A DNA stretch of 64,000 nucleotides from Mobula hypostoma (taxonomy: Eukaryota): NCBI RefSeq assembly GCF_963921235.1, contig NC_086097.1:85314001-85378000 (forward strand), in the 5' to 3' direction. The position numbers and the translations under genes were made by a program. Position 1 is the first letter of the stretch. Each line of letters opens with the position of its first letter. Under the pieces are notes generated by a model. It did not search any database. It saw nothing but the letters and a program-made list of their open reading frames with translations, and had not been told where the DNA came from. Positions 60,501 to 64,000 of this stretch are shown here, in pieces.

Positions 60501-63500
60501 GAGCTCGTTGGAGAAGAAAGTAATCTCGACCACTCAAACACTGGAACAATATAAAGCCAAGATCATTGACCTGGAAAATCGCAGTCGCAGACAGAATCTA
60601 CGGATTATAGGACTTCGCGAGGACGTTGAAAGTGGAAATCTCACTAAGTTTTTTGCTTAATTTTTAATGGAGGTATTCAGTACTGAAGTGTTTTCTAATC
60701 CCCCTATACTAGACTGCGCTCATCACTCATTAAGGGTTAAACCTCTGAAAGATTTAAAACTCAGAGCCGTTGTTCTACATTTCCACTATGTGCATACTGA
60801 GGAGCATTTAATTTGAGTTGCATGTCGGAAAGGAGTGATTGAGCATGGAGATCTCAAATTTCGTTTGGTGGAAGATTTTAGTCCAGAGTTGTTACAAGAG
60901 AGGTCTTTTTTTAAGTTGGTGATGTCGGAATGACACCAAAGGAAATTATACCCTGCGTTGTTATATCCTGTGCATTTAAGGGTTGTTTTGCCAGATAAAT
61001 CACGTAAATGGTTTAAATCAGAGATGGAGGCACGTCAATTTCTTGAAGATCTTAAGGTAAAAGGAGTCTCTATTTTATAGACTCCTCAATTTCATTTGTT
61101 CATTTTGAAACAATTTCAGACCCGAATGGTAGATTTTTGTTAATTATTGGCTTACTTTATAACCAGAAAGTTGTTTTGGTTAATATTTATGCACCAAATA
61201 CTGACTATCCTGAAATTTTAAGCATTTATTTGCATCTTTTCCTGATTTAAATGAATATAAGTTGATAATGGGTGGAGACTAATTGTTGCTTGAATCCTTT
61301 GATGGATAGGTCTGCCTAATCAAATATCTCCAAACAAATCTGCTATTTTTATTAACACTGTTAAATCCTTTATTATTTGATATAACTTTGGCAATTGCTT
61401 TTCGTATATATTTGGATATATTTGGAATTACTTGTGGGAAGGAGATGCATAAGGTATCATGGTATGCAGGAGACTTGTTACTATGTACCTCTAACCCAGA
61501 GAAATCCATCCCGGCAGTTTTAACACTACTAGCTCAGTTTAGTAGTTTTTCTGGTTATAAACTAAATCTTAATAAGAGTGAACTTTTTTCCATTAAATAT
61601 GCAAGTTCCTATTTATAGATAGTTATCATTTGAATTAATTACTGATTATTTCACTTATTTGGGTGTCAAAATTACTAAAAAATATAAAGATCTATTTAAA
61701 GTTAACTTTCTACCTTTAATTGACCACGTTAAACAATTGTTTACTAAATGGTCTCCACTGTCCTTATCATTGATTGGTCAAATTAATGTTATTAAAGTGA
61801 CTGTTTTACCTAAGTTTCTGTATTTATTTCAAATGGTACCAATTTTTATCTCTAAATCCTTTTTTGATATTATTGATTCTAAAATTTCTTCATATATATG
61901 GCAGAATAAAAATCCTACATTGAGTAAGAAATATCTACAGAAATCAAAAAAGGATGGTGGTTTAGCATTGCCGAATTTTAAGTTTTATTATTGGGCAATT
62001 AATATCTGATATTTAATGTTTTGGACGCAAGATTGGGATGAAATTCATTGTCCACGATGGGTGAACCTTAAGGGTGAGTCTGTGCAGGGGTTCTCATTGG
62101 CTTCTATTTTAGGAGCTTCACTCCCCTTTGCATTAACCAAACTGAATAAACAAATAATTAATCCAATAATTAAACATACAATACGAATATGGTTTCAATT
62201 TCATAAATTTTTTGGATTGAACGAATCTAGTCCTATTATATCTAATTTTTTCTTTCAACCTTCTAGAATTGATCAAGATTTTTCCTTATGGAAAACGAGG
62301 GGAATAGCATGCTTTCATGATTTATCCATGGATAATTGTTCATGTCGTTTGAACAATTATCTAACAAATATAAGTTGCCTAGTTCACATTTTTTCCGATA
62401 TCTGCAGATTAGAAGTTTTTTGAATGGTATTTTACCTAATTTTCCAACATTTCATCCAACCAATATTACAGGAAAAAATTTAGGTTTAAATCCCTATCAG
62501 AAGTGCTTAATAGCAGTTTTGTATGATTTAATTAAGAAAATACATCTCAGTACATCTGATAAAATAAAAAATGAATGGGAAAGAGAACTTCAGGTATCTT
62601 TACTTATAGAGAAATGGGAGAAACTTTTTCAACTAGTTAATACTTCCTCAATGTGTGCTAGTTTTACACTGATACAATTTAAAATAGTCTATAGGGCTCA
62701 TATGTCTAAGGATAAATTAGCTCATTTTTACCGACATATAAATCCTGTGTGAGACAGATGTAACTCTGAGGTGGCCTCTCTGACACATATGTTTTGGTCT
62801 TGCCCTCTTTTAGATAAATATTGGAAAGATATTTTTGATATTATTTCAACAGTTTTGCATATTAATTTAAAACCTCACCCTATTACTGCAATTTTTGGAT
62901 TATCAGTGACAGATGTTGGTCATTTATCCGTTTCAGCTTGCCGTTTGTTACACTAACAGCTAAAAGATCCATCTTACTTAAATGGAAAGATTCTGATCCT
63001 CCTACTACTTTTCAATGGTTTTCTCAAACTATATTATGTTTAAACCTGGAAAAAATTAGGTGTGGTATGGTTGATTCTTCAGTTAAATTTGAAGAAACCT
63101 GGAGACCATTTATTCAACATTTTCATATGATGTAAGCTGTCCCTTTCAGAACCCTGTTTTTTAATAATCTTTTGTTTTTCTATGGAGGAGTGGAGTTAAT
63201 GAAAAAAAATGTTCTTATCTGAGGGAATAGGACATCCCAGTCTTTGTTTTTTTAAAGTTTAGGGGGTTCTTTAAAAAACTCTTTTTTCATGTTCAATTAC
63301 TTAGAGATTGGGAGGCTTGAATTATATATTTTACTCGAATTATGTTTGTTCATGTTAACCATTATCAACGTTACACTGATCTCTTTGTATCATTAGTATT
63401 GTTAGGTATATTAATCTGAAATTTAATAAAAAGATTGAAAAAGGAAAAGTAGTGCAACTCTCTGCCCCTCTTTCACGTCCTTTTCTATCTTTTCTAAAAC

Positions 63501-64000
63501 TGTGAAAACCTGGTACATTAATCACTCATTCCTGCCCGTCTCTCAACCAAGTTTCAGTCATGGCCACAATATCGTAGTTCCATTTTCTGATCCATGCTCT
63601 AAGCTCATCACCTTTACCTATAATGCTTCTAGCATTAAAATATACACACTTCAAACTATCCAACCCATCATACCTGCTATTTCAATTTTGCCTTTCAATA
63701 CTTTCCCTGATATCTATCTTCCAGTCTGATCCTTAACTTACTGACCTGGGGATCCGGTTCCCAGCCCTGTGCAAAACTAGTTTAAATGCTCCTGAGTAAC
63801 ATTAGCAAACCTCCTGTCCAGGATATTGGTTCCTCTCCAGTTCACGTGCAACCTGTGCCTCTTGTACAGGTCACTTCCTCAGAAAAGTTTCCAATGATCC
63901 AAGAACTTGAAACCCCGTCCCTACATCATCTCCTCAGCCACTTGTTCATCTGTGGTATCACCCCATTCCAACCTGCACTAGCCCATGGCACGGGGAATAA
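57510..64000 (-). mobile_element. Long decayed CR1 (RT, APE, ORF1 esterase) split by an L1 insertion
   Basis: LYKTLVSPHMEYC, ESQHG, EVLNEYFVSVFT, REPWMSRE; resumes at 63448 with ETWL and RLHVNWRGTN; homologous to 27665-30785. Confidence 0.9.
60058..63447 (+). mobile_element. L1/Tx1-clade LINE with 5' UTR, ORF1, internally deleted ORF2 and A-rich tail
   Basis: ORF1 coiled coil then DLENRSRRQNLRIIGLRE; VNIYAPN; KVSWYAGDLLL; GGLALPN; THMFWSC; TSD AGTAGT(A/G)CAACTC at 60045-60057 and 63448-63460. Confidence 0.92.

Overview
Eukaryotic, gene-poor, repeat-dense vertebrate DNA, most likely from a cartilaginous fish (ray or shark; inferred from HE1/V-type SINEs and the CR1/Rex1/Penelope repertoire). 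I recognise no host protein-coding gene. Almost all ORFs in the track are transposon remnants or antisense artefacts. The window is a mosaic of nested elements: CR1 LINEs (old, plus a very young family with 5 near-identical copies), Rex1/Babar-like LINEs, an internally deleted L1/Tx1-type element, RTE fragments, Penelope-like elements (GIY-YIG), Tc1/mariner and hAT transposons and MITEs, tRNA-derived SINEs and probable solo LTRs. Many insertions keep readable target-site duplications (TSDs). Most notable: (1) intact minimal type I hammerhead ribozyme motifs in the Penelope pseudo-LTRs, and recurrent tail-outward palindromic Penelope insertions with 12-14 bp TSDs; (2) a chimeric non-autonomous hAT (Charlie/Buster) family carrying Blackjack, Tigger and CR1 pieces; (3) a composite transposon bounded by two palindromic Tc1 MITEs; (4) a few repeat-free, motif-rich islands that may be enhancers or small exons. 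Family names come from my own motif recognition, not database searches. Boundaries without a TSD are approximate.
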